Below are positions 1 through 9,979 of a DNA stretch of 64,000 nucleotides, in pieces. Under the pieces are notes generated by a model, which was not told the origin of the DNA, did no database searches, and saw only the letters and a program-made list of their open reading frames with translations. The first letter of the stretch is position 1, and each line of letters opens with the position of its first letter. Origin of the DNA: Terriglobia bacterium (GTDB lineage Bacteria; Acidobacteriota; Terriglobia; Acidiferrales; UBA7541). Location of the stretch: assembly GCA_963695545.1 (NCBI GenBank), contig OY968796.1, positions 4,032,001 through 4,096,000 on the forward strand, written 5' to 3'. A program made the position numbers and the translations under genes.

Positions 1-1650
1 AGCGACGTCGCGAATCTGATCCACGCGGCCTTCAGAGCGGACCAACTCCCGGATGGTTTCGTTGAACACGAGCAATTCGTAAATGCCGACACGGCCCCGA
101 TAGCCCGTCTGATCGCATTCGACGCATCCGACGGCGACGGCCTCGGTGTCGATGGCGTCGAATCGGCCGACTCGGGCCAAGCGCGAGGCCATTTCCGAAG
201 TCGCCGGCTGGGTTGTGCGGCAAGCGACGCACAGTTTGCGCACGAGGCGCTGCGCCAAGATGCCGGTCACCGACGAAGCGATCAGGTAACCGGGGATGTC
301 GAGGTCCAGCAAACGCACAACAGCGGAGACGCTGTCGTTGGTGTGCAGAGTGGAGAGGACAAGGTGGCCGGTCTGTGCGGCTTTCATGGCAATCTCAGCA
401 GTCTCGGTGTCGCGGATTTCGCCGACCATGATGATGTTCGGGTCCTGGCGCAGAATGGAGCGCAGCGAACTGGCGAAGGTGAGGTTGGCGCGCACGTTCA
501 CGTGCACCTGGTTGATTCCGTCGAGAACGTATTCGACTGGATCCTCAACGGTGACGATGTTCACGGCGATGTCGCGAAGCATGTTGAGCGCCGCATAGAG
601 AGTGGTGCTCTTCCCCGAGCCGGTGGGTCCCGTGACCAAGAGCATTCCTTGCGGCGCGCGCAGCAGCGTTTCGAGGTGCTTCGATACGGCGCCGGGTAAG
701 CCCAACTCGGACAAGCTCTGCATCGGCGCCTTCGTGTCCAGAAGGCGCAGAACGACCTTCTCTCCGTACTGCGTGGGCAGAGTGGAAACGCGCAGGTCCA
801 GCCGCCGCGGGCCGACGATCACCATGAAGCGGCCGTCCTGTGGCGCGCGGCGCTCGGAGATGTCCATGTCGGAAAGGATCTTGATGCGGGAGATGAGCTG
901 GTTCTGAAGATTGCGAGGCACGCGGTCGAGCTCGCGCAGCACGCCATCCACTCGGATGCGCACCAGAGTTTCCGTTGCCTGCGGCTCGATGTGAATATCG
1001 CTGGCGCGCTTTTGCATCGCGCCCAGGATGATCTGCGACACCAAGCGGACCGCGGGCGTGCGCTTGCTTTTGAGTTCGGCTTGCACCTCGGAGATGGCTT
1101 CCTGATTGGCTTGCCGCGCGCTGGTGGAGACAAACTCCATGTCCGGCAGCACGGCTTGATCGGCTGCGTCGCGGGCGGCCTCGCGCTCCCGCGGCGTTTT
1201 CGGCGCAGCTGCCGCCGCAGGGACGTTGCCGTAATGCCGATCGATGGCCGCGAAGATCTCAGTACGAAAACCAAGGCGCGGAGAAACGCTGAGGCCCGAT
1301 GTGAAACGGAGTTCGTCGATTGCACCCAAATTCTGGGGTTCCGCCATGATCACAACCAGACGCGACCCATCGCGCCGAACCGGCAGAACACAGAAACGTT
1401 TGGCCACGGCTTGCGGAATCATCCGCAGCACGTCGGGTTCTACCTCCACGGTGGACGCGTCCACATAGGGAACGTGGGCGACCTCTTCGAGCGCCGAGGC
1501 GAGATCCTTCTGATTGACTAGGCCGCGCTCGAGTAGCAATTCGCCGAGAAAGATGACCTTGCCAGACTGCTCGAGAACAGCTTTATCCAGATCGGCGTTC
1601 GAGATTTGCCCGCGCTCCTGGAGCACTTCGCCGAGTCGTTTGCGTTTCAT
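1..1650 (-). CDS. GspE/PilB-family type II secretion / type IV pilus assembly ATPase (3' end runs off the window)
   Basis: Manual translation from ATG 1650: MKRKRLGEVLQERGQIS (MshEN-like N-terminus), Walker A VTGPTGSGKSTT (~601-636), LRQDPNIIMVGEIRD, GHLVLSTLHTN. The frame stays open to position 1. Absent from the ORF track because it has no stop in the window. Confidence 0.92.
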   Translation of the reverse strand, partial: MKRKRLGEVLQERGQISNADLDKAVLEQSGKVIFLGELLLERGLVNQKDLASALEEVAHVPYVDASTVEVEPDVLRMIPQAVAKRFCVLPVRRDGSRLVVIMAEPQNLGAIDELRFTSGLSVSPRLGFRTEIFAAIDRHYGNVPAAAAAPKTPREREAARDAADQAVLPDMEFVSTSARQANQEAISEVQAELKSKRTPAVRLVSQIILGAMQKRASDIHIEPQATETLVRIRVDGVLRELDRVPRNLQNQLISRIKILSDMDISERRAPQDGRFMVIVGPRRLDLRVSTLPTQYGEKVVLRLLDTKAPMQSLSELGLPGAVSKHLETLLRAPQGMLLVTGPTGSGKSTTLYAALNMLRDIAVNIVTVEDPVEYVLDGINQVHVNVRANLTFASSLRSILRQDPNIIMVGEIRDTETAEIAMKAAQTGHLVLSTLHTNDSVSAVVRLLDLDIPGYLIASSVTGILAQRLVRKLCVACRTTQPATSEMASRLARVGRFDAIDTEAVAVGCVECDQTGYRGRVGIYELLVFNETIRELVRSEGRVDQIRDVA

Positions 1651-2130
1651 GGCTTTTGTTAGTCGCAAGATTCCCAAGGACGCAATTGAGGAAGGGGCCC
1701 AATTTTGTCTTCTCGATTATCGCACTCGCTATGGCGCGAATCCGGGGCAAAACTGCGGGCATTTGCCTGAGCAGTAACGGCCAGTGGCACAGGGGCGCGT
1801 CACGGCAAGGGATTCATGTTCGACGTGTATGTCGCGGGCGCTCCGGCGCCGGTGAGCGCTCCGCGACTCACGACATGTGCGGCCGAGGCCGAAATAGCTA
1901 TAAAAATGCCCCAAGGATGAGCGGAGAGGAGCTGAGGAAGGCGTGGTGGGGTGAAACTAAGAGGCGAGTTCCGAGTCGGGACGCCAGTTCCCAATTGAGT
2001 ACACGGGACGATGCTGGTTAGAGTCAGGCACGACCAGAGAATTTCACTAACAGATTAATAATCAGCATCTTGCAAACGCGAGCAGATGTGCTCGGGATTG
2101 GCTTGCGTCGTGCAATATCCCGGCCCGTGC

Positions 2131-2284
2131 GTGCATTCCGATGACGGTCTACACGGGTCGGCGAGCGAGGGGGAAGGGGCTTGCTCAAGGACTTTTGTGG
2201 ATCGTTCCCACCTGCCTCTGAGAGGGAAGCTAGGATGGATAACCCCACGCCCCGGTCAAAAAAAGACCGGGAAACGGAATGCAC
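2131..2284 (+). ncRNA. Structured small RNA, candidate 6S RNA
   Basis: The ends are perfectly complementary (GTGCATTCCG 2131-2140 / CGGAATGCAC 2275-2284). Second stem CGGTCT 2145-2150 / AGACCG 2264-2269. An intrinsic terminator follows immediately. No credible ORF. The 6S identity is inference. Confidence 0.45.
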
Positions 2285-2288
2285 ATTC

Positions 2289-2325
2289 GGGGCCCTTGAT
2301 CCCAAGCAAGGGCCCCTATTTTTTT
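2289..2325 (+). terminator. Rho-independent terminator
   Basis: 10-bp stem GGGGCCCTTG (2289-2298) / CAAGGGCCCC (2307-2316) followed by TATTTTTTT. Confidence 0.8.
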
Positions 2326-2474
2326 GTGTAGTGCCCGCGGAAAATCCACAAGCGTCTCGTAATTTTTGGCTTGAAAATTAAGCTGCGAAAATTGCCGGCG
2401 AGCGCGAAGCACAGAGAGGGCGCCTCAGCTAATTTCGCGACGACGGCGAGGAGTTGCGTTTCGCAAATCCGCGA

Positions 2475-2723
2475 TTAGAGTTCGGCGATTGCGGGGGCGG
2501 GCGCATCCACGCGGCCGACGATGGGTATCTTGGCGAGGCGCAGAATGTGGATGACTTCGGTGGGCTTTAGGCGCGACGCGTCGTATTCGAAGGTCAGGCG
2601 GCGGCCGTCGTCGCTGGCGCGAAAGCGGCGCAGGCCATAGGTGTTGGCGAACGAGCCGAGCGCGATCATTTGCGTGTCGGCTAGCGGCTCTTGCAGTTCG
2701 TAGGTCACTTCCACGGTGGTCAT
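2475..2723 (-). CDS. Small hypothetical protein (82 aa)
   Basis: Protein-like composition with alternating beta/alpha pattern (TTVEVTYEL...RLTFEYDASRL). Divergent from csoR. Confidence 0.7.
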   Translation of the reverse strand: MTTVEVTYELQEPLADTQMIALGSFANTYGLRRFRASDDGRRLTFEYDASRLKPTEVIHILRLAKIPIVGRVDAPAPAIAEL

Positions 2724-2774
2724 ATTGGTATTTTACCAGAGGCGGAGGCTGGACGCTGGTATGCGTTCCGTGCT

Positions 2775-2795
2775 ATATACCCCCCAGGGGTATAT
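2775..2795. promoter_or_regulatory. CsoR operator
   Basis: Perfect inverted repeat ATATACCCC-CCA-GGGGTATAT ending 11 bp before the csoR start. Matches the TAC/GTA plus C/G-tract architecture of CsoR/RcnR operators. Confidence 0.85.
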
Positions 2796-2806
2796 GAGGA
2801 GACGCG

Positions 2807-3181
2807 ATGCCGGCCCGAACGAAGCGACACTCCAAGCGCGCCCAGCAAGATCAACATGCCGACTGCGGCTGCGAAACTCACGCGCGGCCACGCCACGCAC
2901 TGGCGGTGGATCCGCATATCAAGACGTCGAATTTGAAACGGCTGCGCCGCATCGCGGGGCAAGTGCGCGGCCTCGAGCGCATGGTCGGCGAAGATCGATA
3001 TTGTGCCGACGTGCTGATTCAAATCGCATCCGTGCAGCAGGCGCTGCGCGCGGTGGGGCGGGGACTGATGCAAAACCATCTGCGGCACTGTGTTTCTGAA
3101 GCCATTCGGAAGGGCTCGCCGGGACAGACCGCGGCGATACAAGACGAACTGCTCTCGCTGATGTACACCTATTTGCACTGA
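2807..3181 (+). CDS. csoR: Copper-sensing transcriptional repressor, CsoR/RcnR family
   Basis: RLRRIAGQVRGLERMV...YCADVLIQIASV...NHLRHC contains the C-H-C Cu(I) ligand set. Lies upstream of copA. Confidence 0.92.
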   Translation: MPARTKRHSKRAQQDQHADCGCETHARPRHALAVDPHIKTSNLKRLRRIAGQVRGLERMVGEDRYCADVLIQIASVQQALRAVGRGLMQNHLRHCVSEAIRKGSPGQTAAIQDELLSLMYTYLH

Positions 3182-3207
3182 ACATTTTTCCAGACAGGTA
3201 GAGAGAG

Positions 3208-5604
3208 ATGGCCATGGAGCGAGATCCGGTTTGCGGGATGACGGTTGATCCCGCGAACGCTAAGCACACGATGGAGCACGGCGGCAAAACATTTTTCTTC
3301 TGTTCCGCCGGCTGCCTCGAAAAATTCCGGGCGGAACCTGCGCGTTACGAATCGGCGCGAGAGTTGATCGGAATCGGGCCGGCGAAATCGGGCCCGGCTC
3401 GACCGGGCTCCAGCAAGGCCGCCGCAGCGGCGCAATTCCCTGCTTCCACGCCCACCGAGACAGCAGCGGCGAAATACACGTGTCCGATGCATCCGGAAAT
3501 CGTGCGCGATACACCGGGCGTTTGCCCGATTTGCGGGATGGCGCTGGAGCGGCAAACGATTACGACGGCCGACGAGAAGCCCGATCCTGAACTTCGCTCG
3601 ATGACGATTCGGTTTTGGATTTGCGCGGCGCTGGCGGCACCGATCCTGCTGCTCTCGATGGGCGGCGCGCTGCCGATGGTCGCGGCACTTGCGCCGATGC
3701 GCGCGCGTGTTTGGATCGAATTCGCGCTGGCGACGCCGGCGGTGCTATGGGGCGGCTGGCCATTTTTCGATCGCGGATGGCGGTCGATCGTGCGGCGGCG
3801 GCTGAACATGTTCACGCTGATCGCCACGGGCACGGGTACGGCTTACGTTTACAGCGTGATCGCGACGATCTGGCCGGGAATTTTTCCAGCGGGATTTCGC
3901 GCGGCAGACGGCAGCGTTGGCGTTTACTTCGAGGCGGCCGCCGTTATCACCACACTGGTGTTGCTCGGGCAAGTGCTCGAGCTACGCGCGCGGCGACGCA
4001 CTTCCGATGCATTGCGAAGTTTGCTGAGCCTTGCGCCAAAAACGGCGCGACGCGTTGCGCGCGACGCGGGCGACGCGGGTGGTGCTAACGCGCGCGAAGA
4101 GGACGTGCCGCTGGCGCTCATCGCTCGGGGCGATGAATTGCACGTTCGGCCGGGCGAGCGCGTGCCGGCGGATGGCGTCGTGCTCGAAGGCGCGAGCAGC
4201 GTAGACGAATCGATGGTGACGGGCGAGCCGCTGCCAGTGGAAAAAATCGCCGGGGATCATGTGACCGGCGGAACGCTGAATGGCAGTGGCGGATTTGTGA
4301 TGCGCGCGGAGCGCGTGGGCAGCGAGACGCTGCTAGCGCAGATCGTGAAGATGGTTGGCGACGCGCAACGCAGCCGCGCGCCGATCGAGCGGCTGGCCGA
4401 CGCGTTTTCGGCGTGGTTTGTGCCGGGAGTGATGGTGGCGTCGGCGATCACATTCGTGGTGTGGGCGCTGGTGGGCCCGCAGCCGCGATTGGGATACGCG
4501 CTGGTGAATGCGGTGGCGGTGCTGATTATCGCGTGTCCTTGCGCGCTGGGGCTGGCGACGCCGATTTCGATTCGCGTGGGCGTGGGGCGCGGCGCACTGG
4601 CCGGTGTGCTGATTCGCGACGCGGAGGCGCTCGAGGCGCTGGAAAAAGTGGACACGCTGGTGATCGATAAGACCGGCACGCTGACGGAGGGCAAGCCGCG
4701 CGTGGTGGGCGTCGTAGCGCTCGCCGAAACTGACGGCAATTCCCTGCTGCGGTTCGCGGCGAGCCTTGAACGCGCGAGCGAGCATCCGCTGGCTGGGGCG
4801 ATTCTGGCAGCGGCGCAAGAAAAACAAATCGCGCTGAGCGAAACTTCGGATTTTCGCGCGATCGCGGGAAAAGGGATTGTGGGGCGCATCGCGAACGAAT
4901 CTGTGGCGCTTGGGAATGCGCTGTTGATGCGAGAAATGGGCATCGCGCTTGAGCCGCTGGCGAAATCGGCCGAGAAATTTGGGAGCGAGGGAGCGACGGT
5001 GGTTTATCTGGCGATTGAAAAACGGCTGGCCGGATTGATTGCGGTGGCCGATCCGATAAAGCCGACGGCCAAAGCCACGCTTCGCGAGCTACGGGAGCAA
5101 GGTTTGCGAATCGTGATGGTCACGGGCGATAACCGATTGACGGCTGAAGCCGTGGGGCGCCAGTTGGATATTCAGGAAGTCGTCGCGGAAGTGTTGCCCG
5201 CGCAAAAGGCGGAGACGGTTCGGCGCCTTGAAAGCGAGGGGCGCCGCGTGGCTGTGGCGGGCGACGGAATTAACGACGCGCCGGCACTGGCGGCGGCACG
5301 CGTGGGAATTGCCATGGGAACCGGAGCGGACGTGGCCATCGAAGCAGCGGGGATCACGTTGGTGAAAGGAGACCTTGCGGGGATCGTGCGCGCGCGGCGG
5401 TTGGCCCACGGAACGATGCGCAATATCCGACAAAACCTTTTCTTCGCGTTTGCCTACAACGCAGTGGGAGTGCCGCTGGCGGCGGGGGTGCTGTATCCCG
5501 GGTTCGGTTTATTGCTCAGTCCGATGATCGCTAGCGCGGCGATGAGCGCGAGCTCGATCTCTGTGATAACGAACGCGTTGCGGCTGCGCCGATTGGCGCT
5601 ATGA
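3208..5604 (+). CDS. copA: Cu(I)-exporting P1B-1 ATPase with YHS and heavy-metal-binding domains
   Basis: YHS (DPVCGM...FCSAGC), YTCPMHP..CPICGM, TGE, CPC, DKTGT, HP, GDGIND, YN and MxxSS motifs. Confidence 0.96.
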   Translation: MAMERDPVCGMTVDPANAKHTMEHGGKTFFFCSAGCLEKFRAEPARYESARELIGIGPAKSGPARPGSSKAAAAAQFPASTPTETAAAKYTCPMHPEIVRDTPGVCPICGMALERQTITTADEKPDPELRSMTIRFWICAALAAPILLLSMGGALPMVAALAPMRARVWIEFALATPAVLWGGWPFFDRGWRSIVRRRLNMFTLIATGTGTAYVYSVIATIWPGIFPAGFRAADGSVGVYFEAAAVITTLVLLGQVLELRARRRTSDALRSLLSLAPKTARRVARDAGDAGGANAREEDVPLALIARGDELHVRPGERVPADGVVLEGASSVDESMVTGEPLPVEKIAGDHVTGGTLNGSGGFVMRAERVGSETLLAQIVKMVGDAQRSRAPIERLADAFSAWFVPGVMVASAITFVVWALVGPQPRLGYALVNAVAVLIIACPCALGLATPISIRVGVGRGALAGVLIRDAEALEALEKVDTLVIDKTGTLTEGKPRVVGVVALAETDGNSLLRFAASLERASEHPLAGAILAAAQEKQIALSETSDFRAIAGKGIVGRIANESVALGNALLMREMGIALEPLAKSAEKFGSEGATVVYLAIEKRLAGLIAVADPIKPTAKATLRELREQGLRIVMVTGDNRLTAEAVGRQLDIQEVVAEVLPAQKAETVRRLESEGRRVAVAGDGINDAPALAAARVGIAMGTGADVAIEAAGITLVKGDLAGIVRARRLAHGTMRNIRQNLFFAFAYNAVGVPLAAGVLYPGFGLLLSPMIASAAMSASSISVITNALRLRRLAL

Positions 5605-5901
5605 CGAGACAGATCTGAACGCTTAGAACCCCTTCGATTGCAATGGTTTTCGGCACCGGTCGAGCAGCGCCGTGGCGAAGTCCTGCCGGATCATGGCGCG
5701 CGCCTGGACAAAATTCCGCGAAAATTTCGGCGTTGCACGTGAAACATTTTGGAGGTTTCTGCGTCTATCTGGCAAGACCACTCGCTGGGGTAGGAAGCTC
5801 GTAACTCGAACTGACCGTCGGCCTCCTACCCCAGTTCAAAACTCTGAGCCGGAATACTAGTCGCATCTCCCGCGTTTGGGAAGAGGCGACCTCGGCGCGC
5901 G

Positions 5902-6309
5902 CTATCGTGCGACTACGGCGGCCCGCTTCGGGTGGCCGGACATCGCGGGCATTTCGTTCGCGCGCAAGCCGAGCGCAAACATGGGGTGCGGATCCACGCG
6001 GCCCCAGCGATTTAAATCCCACGCGGCGCGAATGAAATTCACTTCAGGCCAGGTGGTCAAATCGAGGACGGCGCGCGTCTGGCCGCGATAGAAACGCTGC
6101 GGCAATTTCAAGATCGGCTGAGGCGTCCAGGTTTCGCCGTCGGCCGAACCTTCGATCGAAACGTCGGCCGATTCCTGTTCGATTTGATCGGTGATTTCCA
6201 TGACTAAGAAAAAAATCCGCGTTTGGCTGGGGCGAATGTCCACGGGCGCGCCTTTGCCATTCGCTTCGAGGCACGTGTCAGGAGGAATCAGATCGAAATC
6301 CATGGGCAT
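5902..6309 (-). CDS. Hypothetical protein (~135 aa, predicted beta-rich)
   Basis: C-terminal part of ORF 5902..6558. ATG at 6309 or 6303 preceded by GGAG. The upstream extension overlaps the aminotransferase and is rejected. Confidence 0.7.
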   Translation of the reverse strand: MPMDFDLIPPDTCLEANGKGAPVDIRPSQTRIFFLVMEITDQIEQESADVSIEGSADGETWTPQPILKLPQRFYRGQTRAVLDLTTWPEVNFIRAAWDLNRWGRVDPHPMFALGLRANEMPAMSGHPKRAAVVAR

Positions 6310-6385
6310 TCGGCGGTCTCCGTGTTGCGGGCGGTTACGTATTTGTCTTCGCGGGCGAATCTTAACACAGCTTCGAGCGGCCGGG

Positions 6386-7621
6386 TCAGGCGTGGAGTTT
6401 TTCGAGGCGTTTGGCGGCGGCTTCGAGCGTTTCGTCGCGTTTGCAAAAAGTGAAGCGCACTTGACGGGCGCCATCGGCGGGATCGTTGTAAAAGCTCGAG
6501 CCGGGCACGACGGCGACGCCGATGTTTTCGACAAGATGGCGCGCGAATTCGACGTCATTCGGGAAACCGAAGCGCGAAATGTCGGTCATGATGTAGTAGG
6601 CGCCAGCCGGCTTGAAGCAGACGAAACCTGAATTCTTCAAGATTTCGAGCATGCGATTGCGGCGGCGCAGATATTCTTCGGCGAGGCTGTCGTAGTAGGA
6701 GTCGGGCATGGCAAGGGCCAGCGTGCCGGCTTCCTGCAAGGGAGCCGCGGCACCGACGGTGAGAAAATCGTGGACCTTGCGGATGGGAACGGAAACGGCG
6801 GGCGAAGCGATGGCCCAGCCTACGCGCCAGCCGGTGACGCTGTAAGTTTTGGACAAACTGTTGATGGTGATGGCGCGATCGCGCATGCCCTCGAGCGAGG
6901 CGATCGAAATGTGCTGCGTGCCGTCGTAGAGGATGTGCTCGTAGATTTCGTCGGTGATGGCGAAGGCGTTCCAGCGCACACAGAGATTGCGGATGTATTC
7001 GAGTTCGGCGCGCGAAAAAACTTTGCCGGTGGGATTGTTCGGCGTGTTCAGGATGATGGCTTTGGTGCGCGGGCCGAAGGCCGCGGCGAGCTCGGCGGGA
7101 TCGAAGGTCCAATCGGGCGGCTGGAGGCGCACAAAGCGCGGCGCGGCGCCGGAGAGAATGGTATCGGGGCCGTAATTTTCGTAGAAGGGCTCGAAGATCA
7201 CGACTTCGTCGCCCGGATTGATGACGGCCATCATGGCGGCCATCATGGCTTCGGTTGAGCCGCAGCAGACGGTGATTTCGCGCTCGGGATCGACGCGCAC
7301 GCCTTGCGTGCGTTCAAATTTTTGGGCGATGGCGTCGCGGAAAGATTTCGCGCCCCAAGTGATGGCGTACTGATTGAAGTCTGCGGAGATGGCCTGGCGA
7401 GCGGCTTCTTTTATTTCTGGGGGCGCGGCGAAATCCGGGAAGCCCTGGGAAAGATTCACGGCGCCGTGTTTGAGCGCGAGGCGCGTCATTTCGCGGATCA
7501 CGGATTCGGTGAAGCGCGCGGCCTTGGCGGAAAGCGCGTGGCGCGCGGCGCCGGCGACTTCAGTGGCAATTTTGGTATCGAGTGCGGCGGCGTCAGGCGT
7601 CGACGAATCTTTCGGCGTCAA
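6386..7621 (-). CDS. PLP-dependent class I/II aminotransferase (methionine/kynurenine aminotransferase-like)
   Basis: NLSQGFPD, NTPNNPTG, DEIY and SLSKTYSVTGWRVG (PLP lysine). The likely TTG start at 7621 overlaps the upstream TGA (TTGA coupling). Confidence 0.9.
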   Translation of the reverse strand: MTPKDSSTPDAAALDTKIATEVAGAARHALSAKAARFTESVIREMTRLALKHGAVNLSQGFPDFAAPPEIKEAARQAISADFNQYAITWGAKSFRDAIAQKFERTQGVRVDPEREITVCCGSTEAMMAAMMAVINPGDEVVIFEPFYENYGPDTILSGAAPRFVRLQPPDWTFDPAELAAAFGPRTKAIILNTPNNPTGKVFSRAELEYIRNLCVRWNAFAITDEIYEHILYDGTQHISIASLEGMRDRAITINSLSKTYSVTGWRVGWAIASPAVSVPIRKVHDFLTVGAAAPLQEAGTLALAMPDSYYDSLAEEYLRRRNRMLEILKNSGFVCFKPAGAYYIMTDISRFGFPNDVEFARHLVENIGVAVVPGSSFYNDPADGARQVRFTFCKRDETLEAAAKRLEKLHA

Positions 7622-9969
7622 GGAGTTTTCTCCGGCGTGGGCGCAGCGATCTGGGAGGCCGCGGCGTTCTGCGTGGCTCCGGTGGAATCTTGCGCGGCAT
7701 AAATTTGGCGATACAAGTTGGCGTTTCGCAAGACGATTTGCACGTACTCGCGCGTCTCGGTGAACGGAATGGATTCTACGAACTCGGCCGTCTCCTGATA
7801 GGTCTGTCCGGCGGTCCATTCCTCGACGCGATCTTCTCCCGCGTTATACGCGGCGAGCGCGGCCTCGGGAGTGCCGTACGCGGCCAGCAGATTCGCCAAA
7901 TAGAACGAGCCGAGCCGGAGATTGTACTCTGGATCGTGCAGCCGCGCATGCGAGTAGCTGACGTGCAAACCTCGCGCGAGCTTGCGCCCGGTCGGCGGTT
8001 CGATTTGCATCAGGCCGACAGCGCCAGTGCGCGAGATGGCTTCCGCATCGAACGCGGATTCCTGGCGCGCAAGGCCGGCGACAAGCATGGGATCGAGGCC
8101 GTTCGCGGCGGAATCCTCATCGAGCGGCTCGCGGTACGGCAGCGGATAGGCCGCGCGCCAGGCTTCGGGATCGACGTCAGAGAACCGGCGCGCGTCTATC
8201 TGGGTGACAAGCTGGCGCGCGACGAACATGCCTTCAGCATAATGGCCGGCCGCATCCGCGGCTTCGGCTTCATCGAGCAGTAGGCGGCTCGTGTGCGTGG
8301 CGGTGTACGCGGCACGATATTCAATTTCGGCGGAAGCGTCAAAGGCGATCGAAGTGAGCGCTTGAGCGCGCGCGACGCGCGCCGCAGCTTCGGGCGGCAC
8401 GGCGTCGTCCAGCGGCGCAAGCGGCGCGGGCGGCGGAATCAGCGCGAGCACATCGCTCGGATTCACCGGAGCGTCGCCAATGCCATCGGGCGCGGGGCGT
8501 GTGCGCGCGGACGCGAGGACTCCGAAATAATTCTGCGGAAAGCGGCCGGCCGCGGCGAGATAGTAGCTGCGCGCGCGCGCCTGATCGCCGGAACGCTCGT
8601 AGGCGCGGCCGAGCCAGTAGAGCGCGTCGGGAATAAATGTGGAAGTGGGATTGTGGCGCGCGAAATCTTCGAGCAGCGCGGCGGCTTCGGGCTTGCGCTC
8701 TAGATACGCGGTCCACGCGAGACGCCACGAGGCCGTCGGAGCGTCGCTTGCGGCCGGGAAGCCGGACACGACGCGCTGGTAATATGTCGCGGCATGGTCA
8801 CGATCTAAATTCACCCAATAATAATTGCCTGTGCCAAAGAGCGCCTGTTCCGTCCACGCGCTGGCAGGGTGCGCCGCAGCAAGCTGTTCAACCAACGCCA
8901 GCATTTCGGTTTCGACTTTTTCGGTGCGGAGATTTTGCGAGAGCTCGTAGAGCCGCTCAGCGTCGAGCTCCGGCGTGGTGAGGGTGAGCGAGCGAAGCGC
9001 GTCGGGACTCGCGCCCAACTCGACGTCACATTCGGCGACGCGCAAATGCGCGCGCTCGAGATCGCTGCCAGTGAGCTTGGCCGACAAATCCAGATATGCT
9101 GAGCGTGCATCGCGCCAGTGGTGCGCGAGATAGAGAGTCTCGGCGCGGGTCATTTCGACGGAAACCGCCGGCGTGGGAAATGCGCTGCCAAGGGCGAATT
9201 CAAGCGACGGCAAGCGCTCTCCAGCGGCCGCGGCTTCTTCATTCAAAGGAAAACGGTAAAAGATGTCGAGATAATCGCGCGCGGCGAGAAGCGGCGGCTG
9301 CGCGTTGGCCACGGCGACTTTCTCTTCGGCCTGCGCGCGCAGCAACAGAAGCGCCGACTTATCGGAAGTCTGCGGATCGGCATCAAGCGCGGCCACGGCG
9401 ATCGCAGGCTCATCGGCGGCGACGGCGTCGTCAGCGAGCGATTCCACGATTTGTTCGGAGATGGCGCTGTCGGGCGAAGCGCGGCGCAGTTCTTGCAGGA
9501 GATCGAGCGCCTCGCGGGATTTTCCGAGCGCCTGATCGGTTTCGGCCTGCCAATAGACGACGTATTCGTGGAGCACGTCGTCAGCGGCAGCTTTTGCAAG
9601 CCAAGTGTTTGCGTCAGCGGCGTGATTGTTGTTCAGATCGTAGTAGCCGAGCGCCAGCGCCGCGCGCGCGCCGAGCACGTCTTTCTGATGCTTTTGCGCG
9701 AAGCGCGAGAGCGCGTCATATGCGGCAGCGGATGGATGATCGTGCAGCGCGTGCGCGAGCGCGGTGAGCTGTTGCCCGGGGTCGACAACGGCTGCGGTGG
9801 AAGAAGTCGGCGAATGCGCAGACGAGGAAGAGACCTTTCGGGCTTGCGCGGTGTGCGCTGACGGCGAGTGTGCGGTTCCGGCTGGCGCGGGAGGCGCGCT
9901 CTGCTGCGCGAGCGCCGTGAGCGGCAGCGCTGAAATCGCGAGGGCGAGGCAGAGCCGGGCCGCGCGCAC
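7618..9969 (-). CDS. Soluble lytic murein transglycosylase (SLT domain) with TPR superhelix
   Basis: Signal peptide, TPR-like repeats, C-terminal RQES, GAVGLMQI, AYNAG and ETREYV motifs. The ORF extends to 10044; GTG 9969 was chosen to avoid overlap with the upstream gene. Confidence 0.92.
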   Translation of the reverse strand: MRAARLCLALAISALPLTALAQQSAPPAPAGTAHSPSAHTAQARKVSSSSAHSPTSSTAAVVDPGQQLTALAHALHDHPSAAAYDALSRFAQKHQKDVLGARAALALGYYDLNNNHAADANTWLAKAAADDVLHEYVVYWQAETDQALGKSREALDLLQELRRASPDSAISEQIVESLADDAVAADEPAIAVAALDADPQTSDKSALLLLRAQAEEKVAVANAQPPLLAARDYLDIFYRFPLNEEAAAAGERLPSLEFALGSAFPTPAVSVEMTRAETLYLAHHWRDARSAYLDLSAKLTGSDLERAHLRVAECDVELGASPDALRSLTLTTPELDAERLYELSQNLRTEKVETEMLALVEQLAAAHPASAWTEQALFGTGNYYWVNLDRDHAATYYQRVVSGFPAASDAPTASWRLAWTAYLERKPEAAALLEDFARHNPTSTFIPDALYWLGRAYERSGDQARARSYYLAAAGRFPQNYFGVLASARTRPAPDGIGDAPVNPSDVLALIPPPAPLAPLDDAVPPEAAARVARAQALTSIAFDASAEIEYRAAYTATHTSRLLLDEAEAADAAGHYAEGMFVARQLVTQIDARRFSDVDPEAWRAAYPLPYREPLDEDSAANGLDPMLVAGLARQESAFDAEAISRTGAVGLMQIEPPTGRKLARGLHVSYSHARLHDPEYNLRLGSFYLANLLAAYGTPEAALAAYNAGEDRVEEWTAGQTYQETAEFVESIPFTETREYVQIVLRNANLYRQIYAAQDSTGATQNAAASQIAAPTPEKTP

Positions 9970-9979
9970 AACGCGCGCG

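Noticed and set aside
1651..2130. c-di-GMP riboswitch upstream of the pilus ATPase
   Set aside because: Could not find the GEMM-type GGCAAA...GAAA...GCAAA two-stem arrangement on the coding strand.
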